Below, one piece after another: positions 1 through 13,780 of a DNA stretch of 64,000 nt. The notes under the pieces are model-generated. The model was not told the DNA's origin. It searched no databases and was given only the letters and a program-made list of their open reading frames with translations. The position numbers and the translations under genes were made by a program. Numbering within the stretch: the first letter of the stretch is position 1; the number at the start of each line of letters is the position of its first letter. The stretch is from Octopus sinensis (taxonomy: Eukaryota). The stretch covers positions 98,394,001 to 98,458,000 of the forward strand of contig NC_043002.1 of the NCBI RefSeq assembly GCF_006345805.1. The letters are read 5' to 3'.

Positions 1-214
1 AAAGTTTATTATTGCTAAGCACTGACATTGAGTCCAATGTACGGGCGAGGAAAGAAGACAAATGCTGATTTTGACAAAACATATCCTATTCTCAAATGAT
101 CTGTAGCAAGACATTTATCCGTGATTATTATAGGCGGCTTCTCTCTCTTTCTCAGGTCACCCCTGAAGGAGCGGACGTATGATCAAAATCATGTGACCAT
201 CCCTCCCTCCCTCC

Positions 215-249
<35 letters not shown>

Positions 250-1516
250 GTGTAGTGTTTTCTATTGGAGGGTATGATTTAAGTGAAATCTGGGTGTTAC
301 TTCTTGGAAATTGGCGACAATGTTAGAGGTTCTGTTGTTGGATGTGTGTGTGTCTATTTGTGTATGCATCCTACCACACCCTCCGGATGCGTAGAGCCTT
401 TTTACTTACGACCTCACGCCACATTAAGTTTTTGAGTCCATTAAAATTTCAGAGGCCAGTTTGTCTTTAACGCAAAGCTCTATATCAACGTTTCGCAGTG
501 AAATTTACTTTTCATAGGACCTCTTTAAGGTGGAGAAGTTGTACTTAAAACGGAAAGTACTGGAACAGATACCGCAAAGCATCTCGTACCACTTTTTAAC
601 AATTCTACCACTCCCTTATTTATCAACTTTGAAGGGATGAAAGACAAAGTTGACCTCGATAGTGTGTGTGTGTGTGTACACACACCACACACACTCGACA
701 AAAGTAAATAGACACCCTTATAATCATAAAGGTTTATTTAAATCTGAAATTATACATTCGAATTATTTATTAATTGTTATAATGTGAATGTTTAATATTT
801 AGACATGCCCTTTGCATCTTTCAATGTAAGGACCCTATTAGGCATGTTACTAATCAGATGACGAATATTCTCTTGCGGAATTTCTTGCCAAGTTTCATGC
901 AGTAATCTCAAAACATCTGGCTTTGAAGATGCTTTCTTTTTCTTTTTATGAAGTATCCTGTCCATTATGTCCCCAGAGGCATTCGCGAGGGTTCATATCT
1001 GGTGACTGGCTTGGCCGTGGAAGCTTTTTAATACCATTCTCATCCAACAAATCTTTGGTCTTTATAGCCGTGTGAATAAACAGTGTTCTTTAATCATTTC
1101 ACCATTGGAGAAAATTGGAAGGAGTCCTTTCTACAATATGGACTCGTATTTATCTGAGTTTATGTTTCCCTCACTCTCCACCAGCTCTGATCAACCATTA
1201 CCCCAAATTGCTCCTCGGACCATCACAGAATAGCTGCCGTGTTTCATTATTGGCTGCAATCTATTCGCATCAAATTATTGATCACAGAGTCTCCAAACTC
1301 ACACTCGATCACTGTCAGGAAATACAGCAAATCTGGACTCATCAGAGAATATGGCAGTGTCCCAAAATGCTTGTGGCCTCTCCACCATCTCACTTGCCCA
1401 ATCTTTTCTCCACTTGATGTTGGCTGGTCGAAGAAGTGGCTTCCTTCTCGCTGCTCTGTCATAGTAACCAAGTTTGTAGAGATACCTGACACTTGTTCTG
1501 GCACTGTCATCAACTT

Positions 1517-2124
1517 TACATTATTTACTATTGACGGATATTTGTCCTCGTCTTGTTTGTTGTTAACACAACATTTTGGCTGATATACCCTCCAACCTTC
1601 ATCAAGTATCTTGGGGAAATTTCGAACCTGGGTTCTCATTCCTAAGGTATTTTTCGATGTTGTTGTCGTTGTTGTTATTATTATAATTCTTCTTCTTCTT
1701 CTTCTTCTTATCATTATATTATTATTATTATTATTATCATTATTATTATTATTATTATTATTATCATTATTATTATCATTATTATTATTATTATTATTAT
1801 TCAGGTCACTGCCTGGAATCGAACTCGGAATCTTAAGTTTAGTAGCCTGCACTCTTAAGCACTACGCCATATGCTCGTGGGCTACTAACCCCAAGATTCC
1901 GAGTTCGATTCCAGGCAGTGACCTGAATATTATTAATAATAATAATAATAACAACATCGAAAAATACCTTAGGAATGAAAACCCAGGTTCGAAATTTCCC
2001 CAAGACACCTGATGAAGGCTGGAAGGTATATCAGCCAAGATGTTGTGTTAACAACAAACAAGATAAGGTCAAATATCCGTCAATAGTAAATAATGAACAT
2101 AATTCCTTATCTCTTGAATATAGA
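1517..2124. mobile_element. Head-to-head inverted pair of a tRNA-headed SINE-like element with (AAT)n spacer and Penelope-like tail
   Basis: Left arm 1517-1879 (-) and right arm 1880-2124 (+) are reverse complements. The head has an A-box-like TGGCGTAGTG and B-box GAGTTCGATTCC. Flanked by imperfect direct repeats ACTGTCATCAACTT (1503-1516) / ACTGACATCAATTT (2125-2138). Confidence 0.8.
2005..2048 (+). ncRNA. Degenerate minimal type I hammerhead ribozyme motif (mirror copy at 1566-1609 on -)
   Basis: ACAC-CTGATGA-A-GGCTG-(10 nt loop)-CAGCC-AAGA-TG-TT-GTGT. Stems I and II pair; the GAAACG box is mutated (AAAATG in the left copy). Confidence 0.55.
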
Positions 2125-2500
2125 ACTGACATCAATTTGTTCTACTATGTCAGCGAGGATTATCCACCACACTTAACAAAGAGAAGGGTCCTGTCAGAGG
2201 GCCCTAGTTGATCTGAGCGAGGTGATGTGGACTCCTTCCCCTCTCTGGTGAATTGCACAATCACTATTATCTGTAGAAAGCGGGATCCCTAGGTTTTCAG
2301 CGACTTTACTCTATGTCCACATTCAGAATGACCAACATTACGGCCTGTTTGAAATTCAGATAGTTCCGAGGGTTCTTTTGTACGTGGCTTGATTAAACAA
2401 TCACACATTAAAATGTCAATTAATAGAAAATATAAACCTTCATAAGCTATAATAAACATAAAAGGATGTTTTATAGGGTGTCTATTTACTCTGTCATGTC

Positions 2501-2547
<47 letters not shown>

Positions 2548-3719
2548 GACTTAGTTGAATGTATGAATCTGTTCCAGTTCGAATCTCGCCGAGGTCCACT
2601 TTCACCATTCATCCTTCCGAGATCGATAAAATAAAGAACCAATCAAGTGCGGTCGAATTTTCTTCCTGTCACCCACATTATTCAATGCGTCTTTCCTCTT
2701 AAAATAGTAGGCGGTAATTTGAGGACATTTTGGTTGTTATTTCTAGCAGCTCGAGTAACCACATAGAGAGAGAGCGGCTCTCTCTTTGAGCTCGACTTTT
2801 GATATTTATTCTGCTTGGTTGTTAGATGGTCGGCAGTAGAACTAACTTTAATAAACAACCCATCAAAGGTTTCCGGTAATCTACTAACTATAAAGTTGTA
2901 ACTAAACAAATAGAGGTATTTGTGAGGAATAAATCACATAGACGCACTCAGGAGTGTTTCAATGAGAGTATAATAATATTTCTTGTGTATTTTGTGTATT
3001 TGCCGTCGTTTTCTGGAGCATTTCAGTGCTGAAAGAAACAGGAAGTTTCTTCTCAAAAATCGAGTTCATTGGTGCAGTACGATAGAAACTGGGCCATGGA
3101 TTCAACTTGGACTAAACCTTATCACATACATTTGTATACTTTCCATGGCACTGCAAATACAATTATGATTTCGACAGTTTTTGCAAACTGCGTTAAGTAT
3201 CTTAACTAAATTACCTACCTTTATGAGAGACTGTTTATCAGTGTAAAACCAATGTCGTATCAAAAAGGGGTTTTTTACGATTCGATATAGATCGAAAATG
3301 TGCAAAAAAAAAGAAAAAAAAAGCCAACAAAAAACCAAACAACCAAGAAAACAAACTGAAGTACGTTCTGGGATCGATAAAAATCGACTGAAATCCGTGA
3401 AGGCGATGTCCCAGTATGGCCGCAGACCAATGATTGAAACTAGTAAAAGAATAAAAAGCAAGACTACGTGCATTTTCATACAAAATCTTCGTGATAGAAC
3501 GTGTCAATGAAGGATCTTCGTCATGGCTAATCGGTCTGCAAGACAGCCAAATTTCATAAAATTCACTCTCTGTCAAGATGAAAATACTCTTTAGATTCGA
3601 GGAGCAGTGAACCTCGAATTAAAAAGACAGAAGTGTTACTGCTTGATTGCTTTTGGCCATAAATAAGTCCATTTAATCGGAATCCAGGAGTTATAAACAA
3701 CAACTTGTATGGTTCTATA

Positions 3720-4089
3720 TCTTTATATATAAAAGTGAAGTTGTGTGTCTGTCTCCTACGATTTAGATTCCTAACTACTCCCACATTTTGCGGTGCAGTT
3801 TAACCAAAACCGGGTATCTTATAGACGTGATTCATATCGAGCCATTCTGGGTATTAGCGTGCGTCTACGATTTAAAAAAAAATTACCATTTTTTCCATTT
3901 TAATGCATTTTTTCGCTATTATATAAGGGAAGTAACTCTCTAAAAATGTGTACGATGAGTCAACGATTTAAAAAAAATTACCATCATTTTTTTTCCATTT
4001 TTAATGCATTTTTTTGGCTATAACTCTCTAAAAATGCTTATATAGTTATTTCCCTTACAAACCCGAGCAACGCCGGGCGATACTGCTAG
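3720..4089 (+). mobile_element. Non-autonomous Helitron
   Basis: Starts TC after an A and ends CTAG before a T. Subterminal GC hairpin CCCGAGCAACGCCGGG; no TSD. A second copy lies at 48025-48426. Confidence 0.85.
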
Positions 4090-5349
4090 TTTAATATAAT
4101 TTAGTTTATGATTCTGGTGCTTAAAGCTGCTTGGCTTGATACCTCTCTCTATGATTATAGCACTATTTCTTGTCCACTAATAAATTTCATGAAAGATGCG
4201 GTGACTATAACTCAAGGAATGAGCTTACTTTCAGCATGTTTCGAGACTAATAACACAGCTGTAAGAACGCATTTGTCTTTGACAGTGAGGGCTATTCAGT
4301 ATTTGTTTGATCTCAGATAGCTGTCTTCCTATAACACTTGGCATGGAAAACAACAATATACAAAAGGAAAGAAAGCGAAACGTTATAATAGAAAGTTAGC
4401 TTGCTGGAATCCCCACATATGCCGGTTTACCGTTACTGCAAAAAGTATGTGTCCTCTTCCAGAGTGTTTAGGATTCTATGCACATCAGGAACTTAATGAT
4501 TTTATATATGTAAGGTTTAACTCTCATTCCGTTTGCAACGACATGTGTGTGTGAATCTAGATTCGGTTTTCTTTCTTCAAACAAGATAAAATCTAGGAAT
4601 CCATAGAGAAACCTGTGGATTACGACTGGCAAAAAAGTTGCACGTTTTGATAAGTCCTGAATGGGAGGAAGGAAATAAGAAGTTATTGAACTTAATGTTC
4701 ACAACTGTGATTGATTTTAATTGGCAGGTAGATATAAATTCTACCTGCCAATTTATATATTATGAATTAAATCAAAAAATTATATTTTACGTTTATTTAC
4801 TTACCACTCTACAATATGCTCTTCAATTAAAAATTTGTTAGAGAAAATTGACATTTTCATAGTACAGTATTTTGTGGGGGCTGCGAAAATTAATAAAATA
4901 TTTCCTAGGTGCACTGGGCCTGTAAAACAGTGGAGACCACCAACTCAGTTTTTTTAAAATTTTTCTTGTGCTTATCTTTTGAAATTTATCTCGGCGAACG
5001 TGCTTTCCTTAGGATTGACGTAAGTACTAACATAGTTCTCTAGAAATCTATGGCTTAACAACTATTGTTGCATTGCACTATTTTATTTTAATACTTACTG
5101 TGAACAACCATACAAATATACCAGGTGATATTTCGAGTATACAGACAACGTGATCTGTATCTTTTGACTGCACTTTACGTTATACAATGCATTACTTTCA
5201 ACCTCTGTAGCGCACTACACTTCCGTGAAATGGGCCGCCTTTTGGGAGACGCGTTTTCTCAAACATTTGCTTGACGTTCATAATAACGCTAGGAAATCCG
5301 CATACACTTCACTTTACTTATTCCACTTCTGGCCCACACTACTCAGACC

Positions 5350-5576
5350 TATTTCATTACTACCCACAAGGGGCTAAACACAGAGAGGACAAACAAGGAC
5401 AGACAAGCGGATTAAGTCGATTAAATCGAGCCCAGTGCGTTACTGGTACTTAATTTATCGACCCCGGAAGGATGAAAGGCAAAGTCAACCTCGGCGGAAT
5501 TTGAACTCAGAACGTTACGGCAGACGAAATACGGCTACACATTTCGCCCGGCGTGCTAACGTTTCTGCCAGCTCGC
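5350..5576 (-). mobile_element. SINE family B (GGCGAGCTGGCAGAA...GAGTTCAAATTCC... type)
   Basis: Near-identical to copies at 12345, 18391, 21476 and 55684. TSD CTACTCAGACC on both sides. Confidence 0.85.
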
Positions 5577-5965
5577 CTACTCAGACCATTCTTCTTCCTC
5601 CTCTCACCACACCTACTCCCTGTTACTCTTTCACCTCTTCCTTTTCTCATTCACTCTTTCTGTGACCGCGTTATTAAACCTCCATAGTATTTCCCTTCAA
5701 TGAGGGACAACTGTCCAAAACCCCAACTCCCCACAACAAATTCAACACTAATTTCGTTTGCTTTCTTTGAATATTTACAATATTTAGCTGGCAACTTGAT
5801 TTTTATTTGTTTAGCTCCACGTTTTCTTTCGTCGAGAAAACTCAAGTATGATTAAAGACAATCCAGTTTTGACCATTTCATCATATTGTTGAAACAAAGC
5901 GCCTGGGATTATATTATTTAATGTAGTCTTAATTTTCTGTTTTAAGACCGTAGGTTTTGATATGT

Positions 5966-6185
5966 GGAGGCGCGTGGCTTAGTGGTTAGGGTGTCAGCAT
6001 CATGATCGTAAGATTGTGGGTTTCGATTCCTGGACCGGGCGACGCGTTGTGTTCTTGAGCAAAACACTTCATTTCACGTTGCTCCAGTCCACTCAGTTGG
6101 CAAAAATGAGTAACGCTGCGATGGACTGGCGTCCCGTCCAGGTGGGGAACACATACGCCATTGGCTAGGCTTTAAAAGGGCGCAT
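5966..6185 (+). mobile_element. tRNA-derived SINE family D
   Basis: A box TGGCTTAGTGG and B box GTTTCGATTCC, followed by core GTGTTCTTGAGCAAAACACTTCATTTCA shared with ~10720, ~28030 and 32020. Confidence 0.8.
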
Positions 6186-6454
6186 CTATTTATGATTTAT
6201 TAAGTTTTGATATGGAAGTGATTCGGTTTATACAAAAGGTAAAAAATGCAATGCCCTTCCCAGAGCTGAGTTCTCTCTTTGCAGAAACAAACTCACGCCG
6301 TTTTAGCTGAGAGGCTAAGACCCCACCTTATCTACACACCTTTGAAGTTCTGCTTAATTATCCATTGGCTGGGGGGCAAAATAGTAACCTCTTATTAATT
6401 TGTTATAATTATGTTTCTGAAGAAACATAAGCTATTTTTTTGTTAGTAACAACG

Positions 6455-6510
6455 AGTGCGTGTGCGCGCGCGCTTCCGTGTGCATGTGCGCGCGCGTTCG
6501 CGCCCGACCG
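6455..6510 (+). promoter_or_regulatory. CpG-rich promoter-like patch
   Basis: GTGCGCGCGCGCTTCCGTGTGCATGTGCGCGCGCGTTCGCGCCCGACCG is the densest non-repeat CpG cluster I saw in the window, with an ETS-like CTTCCG and NRF1-like GCGC runs. Followed by unique sequence ending in donor CAG|GTAACA at 6678/6679. Confidence 0.4.
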
Positions 6511-6713
6511 ATGGTAGATCATTCATCGTAATCGTTACAAACATTGACATCTCCACGTTTTTGTTACTGTCGCCATTATCATAGCCCCTGGTTTAATCAT
6601 AATAGTTGTCAATGTCATTCATTCTGATCAATCAGTATACTCACACTCTATTCACCTGCCCACCTGTTATATGGCCAGGTAACACACAAACACACACACA
6701 CACACACACACAT

Positions 6714-6748
<35 letters not shown>

Positions 6749-6752
6749 TATA

Positions 6753-6951
6753 CATAAATACTTGTTTGTCAGCCCTCCCATCGCCATATCTATTTAAATA
6801 CCTGTGGCTTATATATTTAGGAACCTATTTTACCTGTCACTATTTCTCACCCCACCCCAAACTCTCTTTCTCTCCTTCGCATTCTTATACACCATACGAG
6901 TTCTCCCTTCCCCCCTCTCTCTCTCTCTCTCGTTTGTATCATATGTATGTG

Positions 6952-6986
<35 letters not shown>

Positions 6987-7008
6987 TGTATATGTATGTA
7001 TATGTATG

Positions 7009-7039
<31 letters not shown>

Positions 7040-7126
7040 CTATATATATATATATACACGCACACATACATATGTATGTGATATATATATATACACATCT
7101 TATGTATATACACATACACATGTATG

Positions 7127-7183
<57 letters not shown>

Positions 7184-7370
7184 AATACTTGTTTGTCAGC
7201 CCTCCCATCGCCATATCTATTTAAATACCTGTGGCTTATATATTAGGAACCTATTTTACCTGTCACTATTTCTCACCCTCCCCCAACCTCTTTCTCTCTC
7301 CTTCGCATTCTTATACACATACGAGTTCTCCCTTCCCTTCCCCCCTCTCTCTCTCTCATTTCGTTTGGTA
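6753..7370. repeat. Tandem duplication, ~427-bp period
   Basis: The unique block CATAAATACTTGTTTGTCAGCCCTCCCATCGCC... occurs at 6753 and 7180 with few differences, bounded by (TA)n. Confidence 0.9.
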
Positions 7371-7463
7371 TGTATATGTATGTGCATATATATAATATAT
7401 GTGTATATATATATATGTATAATGTATGTATATATATGTATGTATGTATGATGTACATGTATG

Positions 7464-7497
<34 letters not shown>

Positions 7498-7563
7498 GCA
7501 CACATACATATGTATGTGTATATATATATATACACAATATGTATATACACATACACATGTATG

Positions 7564-7597
<34 letters not shown>

Positions 7598-7710
7598 GCA
7601 CACATACATATGTATGTGTATATATATATACACATATATGTATATACACATACACATGTATGTATATACATATACACATATGTATGCAACATATACACGT
7701 AAGTATATAC

Positions 7711-7742
<32 letters not shown>

Positions 7743-8001
7743 ATATATATTAACATACATATATATATATGTACATACATACATATACATATTATGTACA
7801 TACATACATATACATATATACACATGTTATATATTATATACATATATATATACATATATATATGCATATAAATATATACAATATATATGTTTATATGATA
7901 TATATATACATATGTGTGTGCGTGCGTTTTCTCTCCTCCATCTCTCCCTCTCATCTCTCCCTCTCTCTCTCTATCTCTCCTTTTTTTCGCTCTCCTTGTA
8001 G

Positions 8002-8039
8002 CACACACTTCGTTCCTGAAAACAAGCACACTGCCAGAG
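8002..8039 (+). other. Candidate 38-nt exon
   Basis: Long CT-rich tract ending TCTCCTTGTAG (8001), then donor GAG|GTAACA at 8039/8040. Confidence 0.3.
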
Positions 8040-8589
8040 GTAACACAGTGGTGGCTGCTATTTGGACTTAATAAATGTAATGTCTAAATGAGAGGACGAG
8101 GATTTTGTGGTGGGTGCGCGTGGGGGGGGGGGTTTCAGCAGTAGTGGTGGGAAACTGGAGGTGATCACCTGTACTGGTGACTGTCACCTAGCCACAAGTC
8201 TCTCTCTGTCTCTCTCCCCCTTTCTCTCTTACTTTTCTATCTTCACCTTTCACTCCCCCTTCCTCTCCCTCTCATACACACACTCACCAACACTTTCCAT
8301 ACCTATACACACATATATTAGACACTAGCACTTGCGAGACTCTATTCAATTGACATTGGTATTTTTGTGCATATGTTACAACACTTTCAGGCTATTTTAT
8401 ATACACTCTTCAGCAACATTCTAAGGTTGACATACTTAGTGAGATTAGGAAAAACTCACATTAAGTGGTTGTTTCTTTTAAATCTATTTTTGTTCTTGTG
8501 TTTGTGTGTGTATATACATATAACGCATGTGCGTATATATTTGTATGTATAATACATACACACATACATAATACAAACACACACAGACA

Positions 8590-10323
<1,734 letters not shown>

Positions 10324-11220
10324 AGACTGATAGATCACTTGGAATTCCTGTTTGGTTACTCATAACTGTTGTGACGTAGATAGTATGACCCGACCTCTCT
10401 TTGGTCCTAGTGAAAATTTGAAAGAAAGAAAGTGGGTGTTTATGAGATAAGGTGTTAGAGAAAAATTATTGCAGATAAAAACCTCTATTCTCCTGTGCTG
10501 TCGATTTTTTTTTAATAATCAGTAGATTTATAATAAAATTCGTTTTGACTGTCCTCGGGGAAAACGAATTTTATTGTAGAGTTTGGCTCTGCTTTTTGCA
10601 TCGAGTCTCCCTATCAGTAAATATTTTGTTTTGGAAATTTCTTTAAAATAATGTCTTTAAAAAAATATCTAATGATCAAAAAACAATTTTTTAACGTATG
10701 CCTGAACAGATCAGTAGAGTTGCGTGGCCTTGTGGTTAGTGTGTTGTATTCACGATGACAAGATCATGGTTTTGGGTGGCGTGTTGTGTTCTTGAGCAAA
10801 ACACTTCATTTCAAATAGCTCCAATCCACCCAGCTCTAAATTAGTAACCCTGCGATGGACTATCGTTCCATTCAGAAGGGTTATTGTCATCTTTGGGAAA
10901 CCGGGTAACTAGCACTGTATGTCCAGGTCTTGAGCAGTACTTATGCACATCTGTTTTATTGATGTATCTCCATTACTTGATTATAGTGACATATAATTGT
11001 ATGACATAAACCTCTCTGTACTTATTCATAGTTGAATATCAATTGTTAACCAGGAGCTAGATGATTGGTAACTATTTCCAAGCTTGCTCAATAAAAAAGC
11101 TACTCACTAGTCAATAGGGATTTGTTGTTTTATAATTTTCCTTCTGCTAGTGATTTTACTTAGCACCCAATTGCAAACCTGGGTTTATTTAAGCTTCCCT
11201 TCCTGCCCAAAATATATATA

Positions 11221-11621
11221 CTCTTTACTTGTTTTAGTCATTTGACTGCGGCCATGCTGGAGCACCGCCTTTAGTCGAGCAAATCGACCCCAGGACTTAT
11301 TCTTTGTAAGCCTAGTACTTATTCTATCGGTCTCTTTTGCCGAACCGCTAAGTGACGGGGACGTAAACACACCAGCATCGGTTGTCAAGCAATGCTAGGG
11401 GGACAAACACAGACACACAAACATATACACACACACACATATATATATATACATACATATATACGATGGGCTTCTTTCAGTTTCCGTCTACCAAATCCAT
11501 TCACAAGGCTTTGGTTGGCCCGAGGCTATAGTAGAAGACACTTGCCCAAGATGCCACGCAGTGGGACTGAACCCGGAACCATGTGGTTGGTAAGCAAGCT
11601 ACTTACCACACAGCCGCTCCT
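11221..11621 (-). mobile_element. SINE family A (GGAGTGGCTGTGTGGTAAG...GGTTCAGTCCCAC...CAGCATGGCCGCAGTCAAATGACTGAAAC)
   Basis: tRNA-like head, internal TA/CA microsatellite and conserved tail; highly similar to 19733, 43491, 51496 and 53112. Confidence 0.9.
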
Positions 11622-12193
11622 GCTGTATATATTAGGCTGTCTTATCAGAGTTTTTCATTTCTTAGATAGTCAAAACTAAAATGCAACAAACTGTCCATGC
11701 CATGAGTTATCCAATGTCACTACCAATCTCGTATATGCCTCCTCTGCAAACATTGGCAGAAGGCATTTTGTTGCATTCAAATACAATTTCCTTTGCTAAG
11801 TTAAGAAAGTACCAGCAACATCTTGCTCAATTTCTGGTAGGTTCTTGAATGAAACAACTTTTATTGGATTTACTGTTTTAATGAAACATTAGCACTCAGT
11901 ATTAATGTTTTGAGTATTTTATTCTAAGTGACTCTATCTTCCTCTGGACAGCTGAACCCAGAATTTGTGTGTGTGAGTGTGTGTGTATGTGCATTTGGGC
12001 TGCTTGCATCTGAGATACTTTTTACTCCTCACTGACAAGAATCTGTCCCCTATTTGTTTTGGTAGGTCTGCAATTTGACGTGTGTTTTTGCCAATAACTT
12101 CACTGTTGGTGACTGTTCTATGTTCTCCATTCGGTGCAAAATCTTCCAAGGTATATGCACTATCTTGCACATATGTACATACATATATGTTAG

Positions 12194-12230
<37 letters not shown>

Positions 12231-12236
<6 letters not shown>

Positions 12237-12320
12237 TCCAAACATGAAAGCACAAAAAAACACAATAACGCGAGGACGTGGAACAAATATAGTATTATTG
12301 GCAGCTCAGGAAAGAAGGAA
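12231..12320 (-). mobile_element. Truncated copy of the hammerhead-bearing repeat at 39342-39552
   Basis: Reverse complement of ~39460-39550; embedded in (TA)n; lacks the ribozyme part. Confidence 0.75.
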
Positions 12321-12344
12321 ATATATATATATATGTATGTATTT

Positions 12345-12575
12345 ATGTCTTTACTACCCACAAAGGGCTAAACACAGAGGGGACAAACAAGGACAGGCAA
12401 ACGGATTAAGTCGATTACACTGACCCCAGTGCGTAACTGGTACTTAATTCATCGACCCCGAAAGGATTAAAGGCAAAGTCGACCTCGGCGGAATTTGAAC
12501 TCAGAACGCAGCGGCGGACGAAATACCACAAAGCATTTCACCCGGTGTGCTAACATTTCTGCCAGCTCACCGCCT
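12345..12575 (-). mobile_element. SINE family B
   Basis: Matches 5350-5576 along its length. Confidence 0.85.
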
Positions 12576-13452
12576 TTTATATGTATGTATATATATATAC
12601 ACACACATACATGTGTATGCATTTGCATGCATACATAATGCATGCATGTGTGTATATATGTGTATATATGTGTATATGTGTGTGTTTATGTATATATGTG
12701 CGTATGTGTGTGTCTGCTTGTTTATACTTACACATTCAGCAATGTATACACTATATTGTTAATTTTGAATTTTTACCATTTACATTCTGTTCCTGTATTG
12801 GTTCAATACCCATTTCTCTTTTTTTCACAGAAATTCTATTATTCTATTATACTCTTCTCTTGGCATTTTTTTCCTTTAGGTAATTTTTTTCTCCCACCCT
12901 GTTTTCCCTTTCATTATTCTTTCTCTACTTTCACTCCTTTTGCTCCCCCCCCCACAACATATTTGTTTCATCATTTTCATTTCTTTTTCTCTTCCTCTTA
13001 CTGTCACCTCACTGACCTTGGAATCCTTTCCATTCATATGGCCAGCCAGCCAGCCAGCCAGCTAGCCTTTAATTTTTCTCTGCTGCCATTTGCCAATTTC
13101 ATTGACAAAAACCTTACAGTGTTAGGACAGTATAACACAATAACACAAGATGTAGTTTTCATCAACTGTCATCCGTTTTCATTATGTGTACACCAGAAAT
13201 AAGGCAGCTGAACAAATGAGCAGTTTGCACTCTGATACAAATGAAAAAAAACCTAACCAACCCTATAACATCCATTGTTAAATGCGTAGCAGGAACTGTG
13301 GTTTGTGGCAGGAACAGTAATGTGTGACATGAATAGTGATGTGTGGCACAAACTGTGGCACATGGCTGTAAAGTTCTCATGGAAACAAAGTACGTGAATT
13401 GGTTTCATTTCTTACTTGAAACTATTTTGCTTTCTTTTACTTACCTTTACTT

Positions 13453-13780
13453 CATCATCATCATCATCATCATCATCATACGTCCGCTTTCCATGCTAGC
13501 ATGGGTTGGATGATTCGACTGAGGACTGGCGAACCAGATGGCTGCACCAGGCTCCAATCTGATCTGGCAGAGTTTCTACAGCTTGATGCCCTTCCTAACG
13601 CGAACCATTCCGAGAGTGAGTGCTTTTACGTGCCACTGGCACAAGGGCCAGTCAGGCGGTACTGGCAATGTCCACGCTCAAATGGTGTTTTTTATGTGCC
13701 ACCTGCACAGGAGCCAGTCTAGCGGCACTGGCAACGACCTCGCTTGAGCGTTTTTTCACATGCCAGTAAGGCGACGCTGG
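13453..13780 (-). mobile_element. 5'-truncated RTE LINE 3' UTR with (GAT)n tail
   Basis: (CAT)n-CGTCCGCTTTCCATGCTAGCATGGGTTGGA... is the reverse complement of the 3' UTR following the RTE ORF fragment at 26026-26241. Confidence 0.8.

Larger units (their letters stand above)
690..2503 (-). mobile_element. Decayed Tc1-family DNA transposon, interrupted by a palindromic retroelement insertion (1517-2124)
   Basis: Inverted termini GACAAAAGTAAATAGACACCCT (~697-718) and AGGGTGTCTATTTACTCTGTC (~2475-2495). Minus-strand fragments read FWDTAIFSDESRF (~1329-1367) and RPSQSPDMNPRECLW (~973-1017), matching Tc1 DDE motifs. Stops and frameshifts present. Confidence 0.85.

Noticed and set aside
1801-1920. 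tRNA gene
   Set aside because: A/B boxes are present, but there is no acceptor stem or terminator; it is a SINE-like head. The same applies to 5966, 29944 and 34340.
1247-2211. Apparent paralogous peptides MRTQVRNFPK.../MKTQVRNFPK...
   Set aside because: They come from the two arms of a non-coding palindrome, not from genes.
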